From positions 1 to 35,765 of the IMG/VR virus record IMGVR_UViG_3300048851_000226: a DNA stretch of 35,765 bases. One strand, given 5' to 3'. The DNA is from a virus. Taxonomy: Duplodnaviria; Caudoviricetes. Both the position numbers and the translations under genes were made by a program. Below are positions 7,748-17,518 of this stretch, piece after piece. The notes below the pieces were generated by a model. That model was given only the letters and a program-made list of their open reading frames with translations, had not been told where the DNA came from and did no database searches. Each line of letters starts with the position of its first letter. Positions within the stretch are counted from its first letter, which is position 1.

Positions 7748-10700
7748 CCGCCGTTCGCTACGCTGAGCGCGTCGCCACCGCTCGCCGACGACACGTTCTC
7801 CAAGACCTTGGCGGCACGGTTGCCGGCGCTGGCGCTGGCGGCATGGCCCGCGTTGTTGTCGGCCCGAAGTTGCGCGATCTCGTCGCGCAGATCGGTCAAC
7901 GCATCGCTGGCATCGTTTGCGGCGGCCGGGGTCGGCGATGCTGCCTGCGCCGCCGCCGCGGCTGCTGTCACCGGGCCAGCGCTGGTCAACGGGTTACCTG
8001 CGGCGATGGCTGCGATCACGGCGCCGGTCGCTTCCAAGCTGGCGGCCGTCTGAGCCTGGACGCGGTCGAGCTCCTGCCGACTGGTCGCCGCATCGGCCGC
8101 TGACTTCAGCAGCGCCTGACTGAGCCCGGGCAACAGCTTCGCTGCGTCCTGATCGCCACCGCGCGCAGCAGCGGTCGCGGCGTTGAACTGGCCCATCGCC
8201 GCCGCGAACCCCATGTCGCCATTGGCGTCGGAAAGCCCCCGGATGCGGCGAACCTCGTCGCTGATGCTGTTGCCGACGCTCGTCCATGCGTCGCTGAGCT
8301 GCTTGGCAGCGTCCGCTGCTGCTTTCGCGTCCTGCATCGCCCATACCTGTTGCTGCAGTGCGCGATTGCTGGCGTCGACCTTCGCCAGATCAAGCGCGCG
8401 GATCGCGGCGGTATCGCCCTGCAATTCCAGCATCTGCCGATTCAGATTTTCGCGCTCGCTGAGAATGTCCGCCGCGCTCTTCACGCCCTCCATCGACCCC
8501 TTGAGGTCGGCGAACGCCGGCGCCAGCTGCAGCAGCGTGGCATAGGTCGACTGCCCGGCAGCGGACGTCAAATCCTGCGCCTCGACCAACTGGCGGAAGC
8601 CGGCGAGCGTCGCTGGCATCGCCAGGCCGAGGCTGTCGAACACCTTGCCGAATTGCGCGGTCTTGGCGGCGGCCTGCTCGGCAGCGGAATAGTAACCCTG
8701 AAAATACGCGTCAGCGGCGTTGGTGAGGTCCGCGACGCTATCGAACTGATCCGCCAGGCCAAGCTTCACGGCCACGCTCATACCCTGCGCGCTGGTGCCG
8801 AGCAGATCGAGCGAGGCGCCGACGGCCTCGACGGTCGACGCGACGCGCACGAGTGTCTCGAACGTGCCTTCGCCCACCTTCTGGAACTGCGCGACCGCGG
8901 GGAATGCCGCTGCGGCCATGCCATCGGCCGCAGCACCGAACACGGCGCTCAGCTTCTCCTGGATCTCGGCGCCGGTCAGATCCTTCAGGTCGATCTTACC
9001 GATGTCGACGACGAAGCCGTTCAGGCGGTTCTGGATCTCCGCCGTCGATTCACCCAGCGGCCCGGCCGCCGAAGCGATCGCGGTGTTGAACTGGCGCAGG
9101 ATCAGCGTGAACTGGTTCTCGAGGTTCGCGTCCGCGCCGGTGTACTGCGTGGAATATTTGGTGCCGGTGGTAAGCCCGAAAAGCTTCTTCTTCTTCTGGA
9201 CGTCCGAATAATAGGACGCGTCGAAGCCGTCATCCATGATGCTGCCGACGGTCTGCGCGCCGCCGAACAGGCCATTGCCGACGACCGTGGTCTTCGAGCC
9301 GAAGAGACCGCCGAGCAGGCCGCCGATGACGGGGATGCTGCCGAGCACCGACCCGACGAGGTTCTTCTGAAAGCCCTCGGTCACGCCGCCGGACGCATCA
9401 ATGTTGCCTGCGCGCACGACCAGCGCCGCGACCCCGCCGATCTGGCTGTCGATCGACTTTAGCGACGCGGCCATGCCGCGTGCATAGGTATTGGTCAGCC
9501 GGTCGACGTTGGCGAGTGCATCGATTGCGTTCTTGATGCTGTCGCTCTTTGCCTCGGGGTCGCCGAGAACGGTGCCGGTCCCCGTGTTGGAGGCGGGCAG
9601 CTTGTTGCCGCCGCCGCCGAACGATCCGACGATCGAAACACCCAGGGCGGCGATAGCGCCCGCAGTCGCTGCGCCGGCCGCGAGGTTCAGCGGGAACGGC
9701 AGCGACTTGATCGCATTCACGACAGCCTCGGTGCCGCTGACCGCCGTCCGCGCGACCGTGTTGGCGATCTTGGTGCCCGTCTCGATCGCATCCTGCGCGA
9801 TTGAGCGAACGGACAGGGCGAACTCGACCGCGCGGAAGACCTTCTCCGCAGTCGCTAGGGCCTTGTAGCCGTCAGAGCCAGTCTTGAAGAAGCCCAAGGC
9901 AGCATGGGTCAAGTCGCCGAAAGCCTCGACCTGTGCTCCGGAAGAACGGAGCGCAAAGCGGGAGTTTTCCTGCGCGATCAGCTTCTCGTTCGCGCCGGCC
10001 TTCTTGATCGCAGCGGCATGCTCCGCCTCTGCGCGGGACCGACTGGCCTGGTAATTGGTGAAGATCGAGACGACGTCACCCAATGCGCGTCCGGACTCGC
10101 CAAATGCATCCGCCATGCCCTGACCCGCAGACTGGATTTTGCCCGCGATAATGTCCCAACGGTCAGCGGTCTCGGTGAGTGAAGCATTGTAAGCGTCGTT
10201 CGCCTGCGCGTTCTTGAAGCCTTGATCGGCAATAGCGACCTGCTGCTTGATCCATGCAGCGCCGCCCGGGCCATCAAATTTGCCGGCCGCGTCTTGCGTT
10301 GCCTTGAGGGTGGCGAGGGCGTGAACACGCTCGGCGTCCGTTGCGCCAATAAGGCGCAGCTCTTCCCGCATCTGCGCCAACTGGTTGTCGCCCGCCAGCA
10401 TCGCGGCGATCAGCGCGCCGTCCCGCTCAGACTTGGTCAACCGCTCTCGGGCTGCGCGCTGCGCGTCCAAGGCCTTCTCTACGCGGGCCGCCCCAGTGAC
10501 GTCGTTGGTCTTCTGCGCAGCTTCAAGCGCGGCGAGAAGAGGTAGATCGGCTATCCGATCCCGCAGAAGTTCGCCCGCACGGGCTGCTGGAACGTTGCCC
10601 GCGGCAACATCGGCATTCACGGCCTCCTGGATCACGACCTGCTGACGCATGGCGGCGACGCCCTTTTCAGCGCTCGATACCCGCTCGGCGATAGCCAGTC

Positions 10701-13164
10701 GGATCTGCTGCGCGACCGCTGCCTCGACATCGCCCCGTTTCTTGATCGCGCCCGACTCCGCCTTTACGCGAGCCTCGGCCATCAGCGCCTGCGCGCCGCT
10801 GACCTGATATGCGTCGGCCAGCTTGTACAGGTTGCCGATCTGAGCCTCCATGGCCTCCGACTCCCGCGCCAGCTGTTCGGCATGGTGATCCGTCTTCGGC
10901 TTCACGTACCGGCCGGCAGTCTTGTTGTAGGCGTCTGCGGCTTGCGTCTCTCGCTCCTGCTGCGTCAGTACCTGGGCGCCAAGCCGCAGGTTCGTGATCT
11001 GCTGTTGAGCGGCCGCCTTTTCTCTCTGGGTGCGAGCAGACGCCAGCCTGCCCTGAGCCTCAGCGACCATATGCGCACGCTGCTGCGTCGTGATCCACGC
11101 GCCGGAGGCGGTGCGGTTCGCGTTGATGGTGTCGGTCACCGCCGAATAATCGTGACGGAGCGCCTGCACCTGCGCAGCGGTCAACCCGGTCGTGTCGCGC
11201 AACCCCTTCTGCAGCACGCTCTGCTTGCCGAGTAGGTCGTTGAACTCGCGCATGCCGCTCGTGTTCATCGACTGCGACGCGTTCAGTGCGGCGATCTGGT
11301 CCTGATTGCGGCCTGCGTTCGCGCCCGGCTTCATAGGCGCCTGGTTGCCGCTGCCGAGAAGGTCGACCGCCCAACCGCCGACATTTCGTTTGAGCCATGC
11401 ATCGTATGTCACGCCGAAATCTTTGAACTTTTGGTCAAGCCTGCCGAACATGTTCGCGACCCCGGACACCGCATTGCGAAGCATGTCCATGATGTGCGCA
11501 AGGCCCGTGGTCTGGTGCGCGTTCGCAGTGATGTCCGCAGTGAGTATGCGGGTCAGCTCGGACGTTGCCCGCTCCTGATCGCCTTGCGCCGCCAGTTGCC
11601 GGATATGTTCGTACTGCGCGCCGGTGAGCAGCCCCAGCTGCTGCGTGAATGTGTCGGCCGCGCGCGCCGGGTCCTTCATCGCTTCGGCCAGCGCCGCCTG
11701 TGCGGCCGGCACGTCCTGACCGGTCAGCTTGCCGTATTTTTCAACGATGCTGGCCAGCGACGTCAGGGTCTGTTCGCCCTGAATGCCTGCGGCAGCGAAT
11801 GCGTTGACGCTGTCGCGCGTTGCGCCGATCGAGCGCTGCCCTGCCGCCGCCGCTGCCTCCGAGATCGCTTCCAGCGACTGCGCGGTTTCGCCGGAGATGC
11901 GCCCGAGGCCGGAAGCCGTGGTCTCGAACCGCTCGATCGCGGTGCCGTAGGTAGCGAGCGACTTCACTACCGCGACGATCGCGAGAGCCGTCCCCGCCAG
12001 CAGCAGATTGACCGGGTTGATGAGCGGCGCGAGCCGGGTGAAGCCGGCTACCGCATACCCGGTGATGTCCTTGCCCATCTGTGCGAACGCGGCGCCCGCG
12101 CCGACGCCGCGCGCCTTGGCCTGTTCAAGCACGTCATAAATCTGCGGCCCCTGCTGCACCATGATCATCAGCGGGTTCATGCCCATCGCCGCGGTCACGC
12201 CGATGTCCTGGAACTGGCGCGAAAGGTTCAGCGTCTCCATCGCGGTGAAGCGCTGCGCCGTCCCGACGTCCTGGAATGCTTTCGCCATGTCCCGTTGCGG
12301 ACCGTACAGCTTGCCCGCCGCGGCGGTCACGCGCGCCTGCTCCTGATCAAATGCCTCGGCGCTGATCCGCGCGCGATCGAACGCCAGTCGGGCTTCGTCC
12401 AGCTCGGTCTGCAGCTTGCCGATCGCTACGGCAGCGGGGTCGACGCGCCCTTGCACCCGCGCCATCGTCGCTTCGAAGGTCGCCGCTTCACGCTCTTCTG
12501 CTGCCATTGCCGCAGCACCCTGCCGAACGCGGTTCTCGAACATCTGGTGAGCCTGATTGGCGGATCGCATGGCCTGCGCCTGCTCTTCCATCGCTCGCGT
12601 GACGCGCCGCGCTGCAGCTTCCTCGGCCTCCGCAGCGGCAACCGCGGCGAACTCGCGTTGGCGTGCGGATGCAAGCAGCCGGTCGGCCAGATCGGTGTTG
12701 CCCTGGTTCGCGGCAGCGAGTGCGATCGCCTCAACCTTCGCCGCACGCATTTCTTCCTTGGTCTTGCCAAGCGACGCTGCCTCGCGGTCGAGCGTGCGGA
12801 TCAGTGCTTCACCTGCCGTTGCTGTCTGGCTCTTTTCGCGGGCGAGCGCGCGCGCTTCGCTGGTCGCAGCCGACGCGGTCGTGCTGAACGCTGAAGCGAG
12901 ACCGCCCACGCTCGCCGCGATCGTGTCGGCGGTCTCCTTGACGGCAGATAGCTCGCGTTTCGCGCCAGCGCTGAATGCGGCAACCTCGCGCGTGGCACCA
13001 GACAGCTGCATCATGCCGCCGGTTGCGTCTTCCACCCGCCGAATTTCATCGAGCACGCGGATCGTGCCTGCGTCGAAAAACTGGTAAAATCGCTGAAGCT
13101 CGCTGAACGCACCTTGGGTGTCGATCGCGAAACCTGCGGAAAGGAGACCGTCGTCTTCTTCCAT
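7744..13164 (-). CDS. Tail tape measure protein, 1806 aa (start revised to MEEDDG)
   Basis: Lambda-type TMP motif QFQDIGV...NPLMIMVQQGPQI; Ala-rich helical; GGGAGG RBS before the ATG at 13164. Confidence 0.93.
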   Translation of the reverse strand: MEEDDGLLSAGFAIDTQGAFSELQRFYQFFDAGTIRVLDEIRRVEDATGGMMQLSGATREVAAFSAGAKRELSAVKETADTIAASVGGLASAFSTTASAATSEARALAREKSQTATAGEALIRTLDREAASLGKTKEEMRAAKVEAIALAAANQGNTDLADRLLASARQREFAAVAAAEAEEAAARRVTRAMEEQAQAMRSANQAHQMFENRVRQGAAAMAAEEREAATFEATMARVQGRVDPAAVAIGKLQTELDEARLAFDRARISAEAFDQEQARVTAAAGKLYGPQRDMAKAFQDVGTAQRFTAMETLNLSRQFQDIGVTAAMGMNPLMIMVQQGPQIYDVLEQAKARGVGAGAAFAQMGKDITGYAVAGFTRLAPLINPVNLLLAGTALAIVAVVKSLATYGTAIERFETTASGLGRISGETAQSLEAISEAAAAAGQRSIGATRDSVNAFAAAGIQGEQTLTSLASIVEKYGKLTGQDVPAAQAALAEAMKDPARAADTFTQQLGLLTGAQYEHIRQLAAQGDQERATSELTRILTADITANAHQTTGLAHIMDMLRNAVSGVANMFGRLDQKFKDFGVTYDAWLKRNVGGWAVDLLGSGNQAPMKPGANAGRNQDQIAALNASQSMNTSGMREFNDLLGKQSVLQKGLRDTTGLTAAQVQALRHDYSAVTDTINANRTASGAWITTQQRAHMVAEAQGRLASARTQREKAAAQQQITNLRLGAQVLTQQERETQAADAYNKTAGRYVKPKTDHHAEQLARESEAMEAQIGNLYKLADAYQVSGAQALMAEARVKAESGAIKKRGDVEAAVAQQIRLAIAERVSSAEKGVAAMRQQVVIQEAVNADVAAGNVPAARAGELLRDRIADLPLLAALEAAQKTNDVTGAARVEKALDAQRAARERLTKSERDGALIAAMLAGDNQLAQMREELRLIGATDAERVHALATLKATQDAAGKFDGPGGAAWIKQQVAIADQGFKNAQANDAYNASLTETADRWDIIAGKIQSAGQGMADAFGESGRALGDVVSIFTNYQASRSRAEAEHAAAIKKAGANEKLIAQENSRFALRSSGAQVEAFGDLTHAALGFFKTGSDGYKALATAEKVFRAVEFALSVRSIAQDAIETGTKIANTVARTAVSGTEAVVNAIKSLPFPLNLAAGAATAGAIAALGVSIVGSFGGGGNKLPASNTGTGTVLGDPEAKSDSIKNAIDALANVDRLTNTYARGMAASLKSIDSQIGGVAALVVRAGNIDASGGVTEGFQKNLVGSVLGSIPVIGGLLGGLFGSKTTVVGNGLFGGAQTVGSIMDDGFDASYYSDVQKKKKLFGLTTGTKYSTQYTGADANLENQFTLILRQFNTAIASAAGPLGESTAEIQNRLNGFVVDIGKIDLKDLTGAEIQEKLSAVFGAAADGMAAAAFPAVAQFQKVGEGTFETLVRVASTVEAVGASLDLLGTSAQGMSVAVKLGLADQFDSVADLTNAADAYFQGYYSAAEQAAAKTAQFGKVFDSLGLAMPATLAGFRQLVEAQDLTSAAGQSTYATLLQLAPAFADLKGSMEGVKSAADILSERENLNRQMLELQGDTAAIRALDLAKVDASNRALQQQVWAMQDAKAAADAAKQLSDAWTSVGNSISDEVRRIRGLSDANGDMGFAAAMGQFNAATAAARGGDQDAAKLLPGLSQALLKSAADAATSRQELDRVQAQTAASLEATGAVIAAIAAGNPLTSAGPVTAAAAAAQAASPTPAAANDASDALTDLRDEIAQLRADNNAGHAASASAGNRAAKVLENVSSASGGDALSVANGG

Positions 13165-13178
13165 GTCGACCTCCCATG

Positions 13179-13207
13179 AAAAAGGGGCGGCTCCTAAGAA
13201 CCGCCCC
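13179..13207 (-). terminator. Intrinsic terminator after the moron, directly before the tape measure RBS
   Basis: GGGGCGGTTC-TTAG-GAGCCGCCCC-TTTTT. Confidence 0.8.
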
Positions 13208-13235
13208 ACTTCAGCACTGACTATGTCTGGACCGC

Positions 13236-13628
13236 TTAAAACCGTGTGGCGGGCAATCCTGTGAAAGGGGCAGGCTCGCAAACGCCTTCCACACTTTCAA
13301 ACGAACTCGAACCGCCCGAGAAGAGGTACACCCACTTCCCGTCTGAACGATCCACGTAATGGATCAGAGCGACGTTCCCCGGCTCACTTCTATCGGAAGC
13401 TTCAAATTCAATACGAGCAGCGTCAACGGACTTGACACTCTCGACGGCCTTGCAGTCGTATCTGCAGTAAGTTTTCGCCGCGACGTCAACCCGATAACGC
13501 TGCTCGTAAGGCTTCCAGGCGCCTGAGATCGAAGTCTTTTGCCGACCTTTGCAGACCAAGTCGAACTGATCCGCTGCCATTGCAGGCGTGGCTACCAGCC
13601 CCGCCAAGATCATAAACCACCCACGCAT
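13236..13628 (-). CDS. Secreted/periplasmic protein, 130 aa, moron
   Basis: Sec signal peptide (...ATPAMA|ADQ), 4 Cys, lower GC, own terminator. Confidence 0.8.
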   Translation of the reverse strand: MRGWFMILAGLVATPAMAADQFDLVCKGRQKTSISGAWKPYEQRYRVDVAAKTYCRYDCKAVESVKSVDAARIEFEASDRSEPGNVALIHYVDRSDGKWVYLFSGGSSSFESVEGVCEPAPFTGLPATRF

Positions 13629-13661
13629 CCCGATTCTCCGAAGTGACGGGACAGCGTAGAG

Positions 13662-14126
13662 CTACCCCAGCACCGCGTCGAGAACAGCGACCTCCGTGGC
13701 CTTCTCCGCTTCTGTCACCACACCCGTCCACGGAGGCGGGCAGGTTTCCTCTTCGCTGATCCGGCTCTGCGCGACATAGGCAAGCGATAGCGCCCGAATC
13801 AGCCGCGCTTCCCATGGTGTCAGTTTGACGCAGGTGTTCGCCTGCCACGCGGATATCTCGGTCCAACTGAGCGGCGTGGCAGACATGCCGTTCGAGCCGG
13901 TCATACCGATCTCGGTCCACCGCTCGATCATATGCGGCAGAGGAAGCGGCGGCATCTGCGGCTCGACGCGGTCTTTCTTCAGCTGCTCGAGCCGGGAGAG
14001 CGCAGTCGCCAAATTGAAGGTCTTCGCCCGCGGCGAGTCCGCCGGCGGGCGCGGCGTGGCATTCAGCCACGCCAGCCGCTTGGCGTAAAGGATTAGGGCG
14101 CGGCTGGCGCGCCCTTGGAGTTTCCC
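13662..14126 (-). CDS. Tail assembly chaperone, gpT-like frame reached by -1 frameshift
   Basis: Frame is open from the slippery site (KLQGRASRALILYAKRLAWLNATP...) into ORF 13662..14012. Confidence 0.8.
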   Translation of the reverse strand, partial: GKLQGRASRALILYAKRLAWLNATPRPPADSPRAKTFNLATALSRLEQLKKDRVEPQMPPLPLPHMIERWTEIGMTGSNGMSATPLSWTEISAWQANTCVKLTPWEARLIRALSLAYVAQSRISEEETCPPPWTGVVTEAEKATEVAVLDAVLG

Positions 14127-14506
14127 CAGTCAGCCAGATGCTTCGTAACCTGGTTGGCGATGAAGCCGAGCTTGCGGTTGCCGTAGACGGCGACTGCCAG
14201 ATCGCGGCCGGTCTTGTCGCCGAGCGTCAGGTTTTCGAACTCGACGGTCAGGTCGGCGAGGTCGTCGGCCGTCTGGCTCAGGCGCTCTTCCGCCGTCATG
14301 GCGGTGCGCTTGCCGTCGTTGTCGTCCATGCGCTTCAGGAAGCGCTGCGTCTGCTTCGTCTCGATCTGGGCGTATGCCTCGCTGCCCGGGCTGTGCAGCC
14401 GGACGCGCACCGGCTTGCGGTCTTCGCCGCTGTACAGCGGCAGGCCGTCGGCGCCCTTCAGGTGCAGGATGGTGGTGTCGTCGATCTGCTGGGTCAGGAT
14501 GTCCAT
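14093..14506 (-). CDS. Tail assembly chaperone, gpG-like
   Basis: Lies between the major tail and tape measure genes; slippery heptamer near its 3' end. Confidence 0.85.
   Translation of the reverse strand: MDILTQQIDDTTILHLKGADGLPLYSGEDRKPVRVRLHSPGSEAYAQIETKQTQRFLKRMDDNDGKRTAMTAEERLSQTADDLADLTVEFENLTLGDKTGRDLAVAVYGNRKLGFIANQVTKHLADWGNSKGAPAAP
14120..14126 (-). promoter_or_regulatory. -1 programmed ribosomal frameshift site G GGA AAC
   Basis: X XXY YYZ heptamer in the correct phase; analogous to lambda G/T GGGAAAG. Confidence 0.85.
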
Positions 14507-14615
14507 GGTGCATTACCTCGCGGGTGTGATGGTGCATCAACCGGCTCCGCACCCGCGACAGCGAGAACAGGTTGATGCGAAAGGAACCGGCGTCGCGGGC
14601 GCCGGGAGGGGTGGA

Positions 14616-15071
14616 TCAGGCCGTCGGCGCTGGCTTCTTCACGACGGCGGTGTTGATCTCGATCGCCGGGGTCGCGGTGATGATCGAGTTGGCGGCGCCG
14701 ATGGTCTCGGGGAAGCCGAACACGCGGCCCTGAAAAAAGCGCAGCGAGCCGTCCGGCTTGGTGACGCGGAACGCGACGAGGTCCAGGAATGTGGGCGCGG
14801 ACGCGGTCTGGATCAGCGCCTGACCGGCGTCGGCGTCGTCGACCTTCATGTTCGGGCTGAGCTGCCCGTAGTTGGTCGGGCCCTTGTACTTCTCGGTCGG
14901 GCCGTCGAGCGGCTGGAAGGTGACGACCTCCGTCGTCGCGCCGAAACCGCCGATCGATTCGACACCGCCGATCGTCGTGTAGTCCAGGATTTCATAGGCG
15001 GCAGTGGTCTGCGCGGTGGGGATACCGGCAGAGATGGCGAGTTTCGAGCCCGCCGCAGTCGTGGAACTCAT
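14616..15071 (-). CDS. Major tail tube protein
   Basis: GGVESIGGFG, KYKG..NYG and DAGQ motifs; synteny. Confidence 0.85.
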   Translation of the reverse strand: MSSTTAAGSKLAISAGIPTAQTTAAYEILDYTTIGGVESIGGFGATTEVVTFQPLDGPTEKYKGPTNYGQLSPNMKVDDADAGQALIQTASAPTFLDLVAFRVTKPDGSLRFFQGRVFGFPETIGAANSIITATPAIEINTAVVKKPAPTA

Positions 15072-15137
15072 GAGTTATTCTCCAGTCAGCGTGCCGGCGG
15101 TGCCGGCGGGTCAGTCCTGCGGGGGCAGGAAAGAGGA

Positions 15138-15347
15138 TCAGCCCAGGGTGGCGTCCAGCGCGGCCTTTTCGGCGTCGGCGGGCGACTTCGGCTTGTCGAG
15201 CGATGCGAGTCCGGCGACGGCGTAGTTGGCGATCTCGCCATCGCTCGCGTCGGCGATCTCGGCGCCGCGTTCGAAGAACCGGGTGGTGCCGGCATCCTTG
15301 AAATCGCGGGTCGCGTAATAGGTCTTCTTGTCCGTCTTGCTTGCCAT
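15138..15347 (-). CDS. Small hypothetical morphogenesis protein, 69 aa
   Basis: AAGGAG RBS; fills the operon gap. Confidence 0.75.
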   Translation of the reverse strand: MASKTDKKTYYATRDFKDAGTTRFFERGAEIADASDGEIANYAVAGLASLDKPKSPADAEKAALDATLG

Positions 15348-15359
15348 GATCGTTCTCCT

Positions 15360-15764
15360 TCAGGCTGGGGCGTCGTAGGTGACGTAGAAATCTTGGCTCC
15401 GCTCGAAGCTGTCGCCGGGACCATTGAGGTCGGGGCCTGCGCCGGCGGTCAGCACCGCGATGTTGCGGGCGTCGTCGAGCGCGGCGAGCGTGACCGTGGT
15501 GCAGGTCGCGCGGACCAGCTTGATGATCGCGCGCTGCTCGCGGTAGCTGGCAGCGCGGGCGGTAACGGACACACGCTCGGTCGATCGCACCGTCTCCTCG
15601 CGGGCCAGCGTCTGGCGATCAACGAGGCTCAGCGACCGGACCAGCAACGAGGGCAGTGGGGCATCGTCAGCCAGCTTGCCGCCCTTGATGTTCGCCGCGG
15701 CTACGGCGTCTGCCACGGCGGTGCTGTCGCGCAGCAGCGCGCTGATGATCGAGACACCGCTCAT
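15360..15764 (-). CDS. Tail terminator/completion protein (DUF3168-like); start revised to MSGVS
   Basis: ATGA overlap with the upstream gene; synteny. Confidence 0.75.
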   Translation of the reverse strand: MSGVSIISALLRDSTAVADAVAAANIKGGKLADDAPLPSLLVRSLSLVDRQTLAREETVRSTERVSVTARAASYREQRAIIKLVRATCTTVTLAALDDARNIAVLTAGAGPDLNGPGDSFERSQDFYVTYDAPA

Positions 15765-16306
15765 TGCTCGCCCTCGACCAGCCCTGCGCGCTTCACGCCC
15801 GCGGTGATGTATTCCTGCGCCGCGGCCATCGCGTCGCGCGCCTTGATATCGCGCGCCGGTCGTAGCCACGGCGCGGCGCGCGCGCCGGGATGAAACACGG
15901 TCTTGCCGACGGGCTTGCCGTTGATGGCGAGGGTCGCGCCGGGCCCGGCTTGCCCGTTCTTCGCCGCCTCGGTGTCGAGGGTGTTGATCCGTGCAGCCGT
16001 CCGACCCTCTGCGAACGCGGGATCCACGCTGATGAAATGGGAGCCGGTGCCGTATTCGAGCCAGGTGCCGAGCGATCGCGGCCACCCCTCCTTTACCGTG
16101 ATCCGCACCGTGATCGTGTCGTCACGTTCCCGTGCGCGGCTGACCACGACGCCGTCACGAACTTCATCCGATGCGACACGCTCCTTGGCGACGGCCGCGA
16201 TCACGTTGGCACCGGCCCGCGCCGCGCCGCGCAGGATGCGCCGGACCTTGTCGGGAACCGCCGCGCGACGCCGTTGCTCCGCATCGCGGCCCTTGAGCGT
16301 CGGCAT
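15761..16306 (-). CDS. HK97 gp10-family tail component
   Basis: WLEYGT and HPG...PWLRPA motifs. Confidence 0.85.
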   Translation of the reverse strand: MPTLKGRDAEQRRRAAVPDKVRRILRGAARAGANVIAAVAKERVASDEVRDGVVVSRARERDDTITVRITVKEGWPRSLGTWLEYGTGSHFISVDPAFAEGRTAARINTLDTEAAKNGQAGPGATLAINGKPVGKTVFHPGARAAPWLRPARDIKARDAMAAAQEYITAGVKRAGLVEGEQ

Positions 16307-16686
16307 CAGGCACCGTTCCCAGCCGGGGTGTAATCCTCGACCATGAACTCAAGACCTTCGCGCCTGCCGAGCACGGCTGGGCCGGAAACGATCTGCATGA
16401 TTCGATCGGTGGCAACCCACGCCGCACCGTCCCACCGGAGAAGTACAAGACGCATCGCGGTCGTCACGCCGCCGCGGTACCGCATGCGGATTCGCGCCGG
16501 CCGAGCGGTGACGTTGATGCCCTCGCCGAGCCTCTCGGAACGGCTCGGAAGCGCATCAACGATGCCGACCCATTCCGGTCCGACTGGCTGCCACGATCCG
16601 GACCCGGCCCCGTCAAACGCTTCATCGGCAACCGGCCGCTCGATGAGCACCATCTGGTCGCGTTCGCTGGCCGTCGCGCGTATCAT
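16306..16686 (-). CDS. Head closure/head-tail adaptor; start revised to MIRATA
   Basis: RIRMRYRGGVTTAMR motif; ATGA overlap. Confidence 0.8.
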   Translation of the reverse strand: MIRATASERDQMVLIERPVADEAFDGAGSGSWQPVGPEWVGIVDALPSRSERLGEGINVTARPARIRMRYRGGVTTAMRLVLLRWDGAAWVATDRIMQIVSGPAVLGRREGLEFMVEDYTPAGNGA

Positions 16687-16979
16687 ATGGCGAGCCGACG
16701 TAGCGGCCATAGCAATGCCGCAACCGCGCCCGGCATCGCGTCGTCGGCTTCACGATTATAGTACCAGTGCGCCGCCAGCATGAGGATCGCCTGCGACGCG
16801 ATCGCCATGTCGTCGCCGGTGATCGTCGGCTCGTCGCCAACGATCACCCGGTCGGTGTGGCGTTCGGCCATCCGCCGTGCGGCGAATATGAGGGTGGCGA
16901 GGTAAGCAGCTTCGCCCGATCCACCGACAGGGAAGCGAAGCTGCGCCTCCAACTGCGCGACGGATACGGGCTCAGCCAT
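16683..16979 (-). CDS. Head-tail connector (HK97 gp6-like)
   Basis: AILMLAAHWYYNRE and LLWPLR motifs. Confidence 0.9.
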   Translation of the reverse strand: MAEPVSVAQLEAQLRFPVGGSGEAAYLATLIFAARRMAERHTDRVIVGDEPTITGDDMAIASQAILMLAAHWYYNREADDAMPGAVAALLWPLRRLAI

Positions 16980-16982
16980 GAC

Positions 16983-17444
16983 TTAGGCCTTCCGCGCAGG
17001 GCGAGGCGCCGCTGCCTTTGCGGTGACGAGTTCGCCTTCGAGGGCAGTCACGCGTCCCGCATGAGCATCACGCTCGCCGGTGACCGTGGCCAGCTGCTCG
17101 CGCAGACCGTCGCGTTCGGCGGTCAGAGCTTCGACCTGATCGCGCAGCGACGAAGCGGCGTTCTGCGCAGCCGCGTGCGTGCTGCCGAGCGCCGTCAGAT
17201 CAGCGCGGGCGTCGTCACGTTCCTGCGTCAGTGCAACCACCTGCGCCTGAAGGTCGGCGACCGAAGCGCCCGCCTCGTCCGCGATCGGCTCATCGGCGAC
17301 CACGTCACCGGTCTCTTCGAGCAGCCCGAGGGTGACCAAGTGGCCGACTGCGTTCGGATCTGCGATGCGCGTACCGGTCACGGGGTCGCCCGGCTGGTAG
17401 AACTTGTCGCCCTGATGAGCTTCGAGCACCTTATATTTCTTCAT
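16983..17444 (-). CDS. Hypothetical head-associated protein with coiled-coil C-terminus
   Basis: AAGGA RBS; heptad repeats (LTQERD/LTAERD/VTGERD). Confidence 0.75.
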   Translation of the reverse strand: MKKYKVLEAHQGDKFYQPGDPVTGTRIADPNAVGHLVTLGLLEETGDVVADEPIADEAGASVADLQAQVVALTQERDDARADLTALGSTHAAAQNAASSLRDQVEALTAERDGLREQLATVTGERDAHAGRVTALEGELVTAKAAAPRPARKA

Positions 17445-17457
17445 GGTCTGTCCTTCG

Positions 17458-17492
17458 AAAAGGTGACGGACGGCCGTTTCTTGCCGTCCGTC
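17458..17492 (-). terminator. Hairpin/terminator downstream of the capsid gene
   Basis: GACGGACGGC-N8-GCCGTCCGTC followed by ACCTTTT. Confidence 0.6.
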
Positions 17493-17518
17493 TAGGCTGC
17501 CCAGGGGAGGGACGCGGT

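Noticed and set aside
13165-13281. N-terminal extension of the tape measure ORF in the track
   Set aside because: Spans the moron's end and terminator; a strong RBS lies before the ATG at 13164.
15072-15137. Small hairpin and CCGCCGGCA tandem duplicate upstream of the major tail gene
   Set aside because: Too short to separate from chance in GC-rich DNA.
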